DNA from: Phycisphaerae bacterium
GTDB lineage: Bacteria; Planctomycetota; Phycisphaerae; UBA1845; Fen-1342
NCBI GenBank assembly: GCA_039961675.1
Contig: JABRWC010000129.1
Location: 17,517-41,516, forward strand
DNA: 24,000 bases
Reading direction: 5' to 3'
The position numbers and the translations under genes are program-made. The notes beneath the pieces are model-generated. The model was given only the letters and a program-made list of their open reading frames with translations, had not been told where the DNA came from and made no database searches. Each line of letters begins with the position of its first letter. Position 1 is the stretch's first letter. Shown piece by piece: positions 23,936 to 24,000 of the stretch.

Positions 23936-24000
23936 GTGTGGCTGAACGCCAACGGCTTCTCGGAGGTGCTTGGCAGCCAGAGCGGTTTGAGCCGGCCCGA

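Noticed and set aside
23262-23945. 227-aa plus-strand ORF
   Set aside because: It overlaps the ribD 5' end on the opposite strand. Its product is P/R/A-rich with mixed third-position composition and no SD or family motif.
1-24000. Search for mobile elements, CRISPR arrays, tRNA/rRNA genes, toxin-antitoxin or defence-system genes
   Set aside because: I saw no direct-repeat/spacer architecture and no T-loop GGTTCGAATCC-type tRNA signature. I recognised no transposase, integrase, nuclease or ATPase-type accessory ORFs. The window is core-genome in character.

Overview
This is a very GC-rich bacterial chromosomal segment that is almost entirely housekeeping. All protein calls rest on my own motif recognition and on gene order; no searches were run.

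Minus strand, read from high to low coordinates:
- A short dcw-cluster tail, murC-murB-ddl-ftsQ(-like), runs from 18925 to 14779.
- Two paralogous glycine-rich ~7-TM proteins of unknown function follow, from 14741 to 13108.
- A GC hairpin/terminator and a good sigma70-type promoter lie at about 13037 to 12968.
- An uninterrupted S10-spc ribosomal superoperon runs from 12908 to 1: rpsJ-rplC-rplD-rplW-rplB-rpsS-rplV-rpsC-rplP-rpmC-rpsQ-rplN-rplX-rplE-rpsN-rpsH-rplF-rplR-rpsE-rplO-secY-adk-map-rpmJ-rpsM. rpsM is cut by the window edge, and rpmJ is too short for the ORF track, so I found it by hand.
- rpmD (L30), infA and tuf are absent from their usual slots.

Other content:
- The plus strand carries one 971-aa protein (19213-22128), divergent from murC. 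It has an O-antigen-ligase/Wzy_C-like polytopic domain and a long TPR-like C-terminal domain.
- ribD (minus strand, 22117 to about 23310) converges on that gene and overlaps its end by 12 nt.
- 23347-24000 has no convincing ORF but contains GC hairpins and a repeated 13-nt palindrome.
- I saw no tRNA or rRNA, CRISPR array, transposase or integrase, or recognisable defence genes.
- The many long ORFs antisense to, or frame-shifted within, the real genes are GC-driven shadow ORFs.

The best candidate for something undescribed is the ftsQ-linked membrane-protein pair in the slot where ftsA/ftsZ normally sit. The Wzy_C-TPR protein next to the murein genes comes second. Both are hypotheses only. 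My lineage guess is PVC/Planctomycetota-like, which is inference and not demonstrated.
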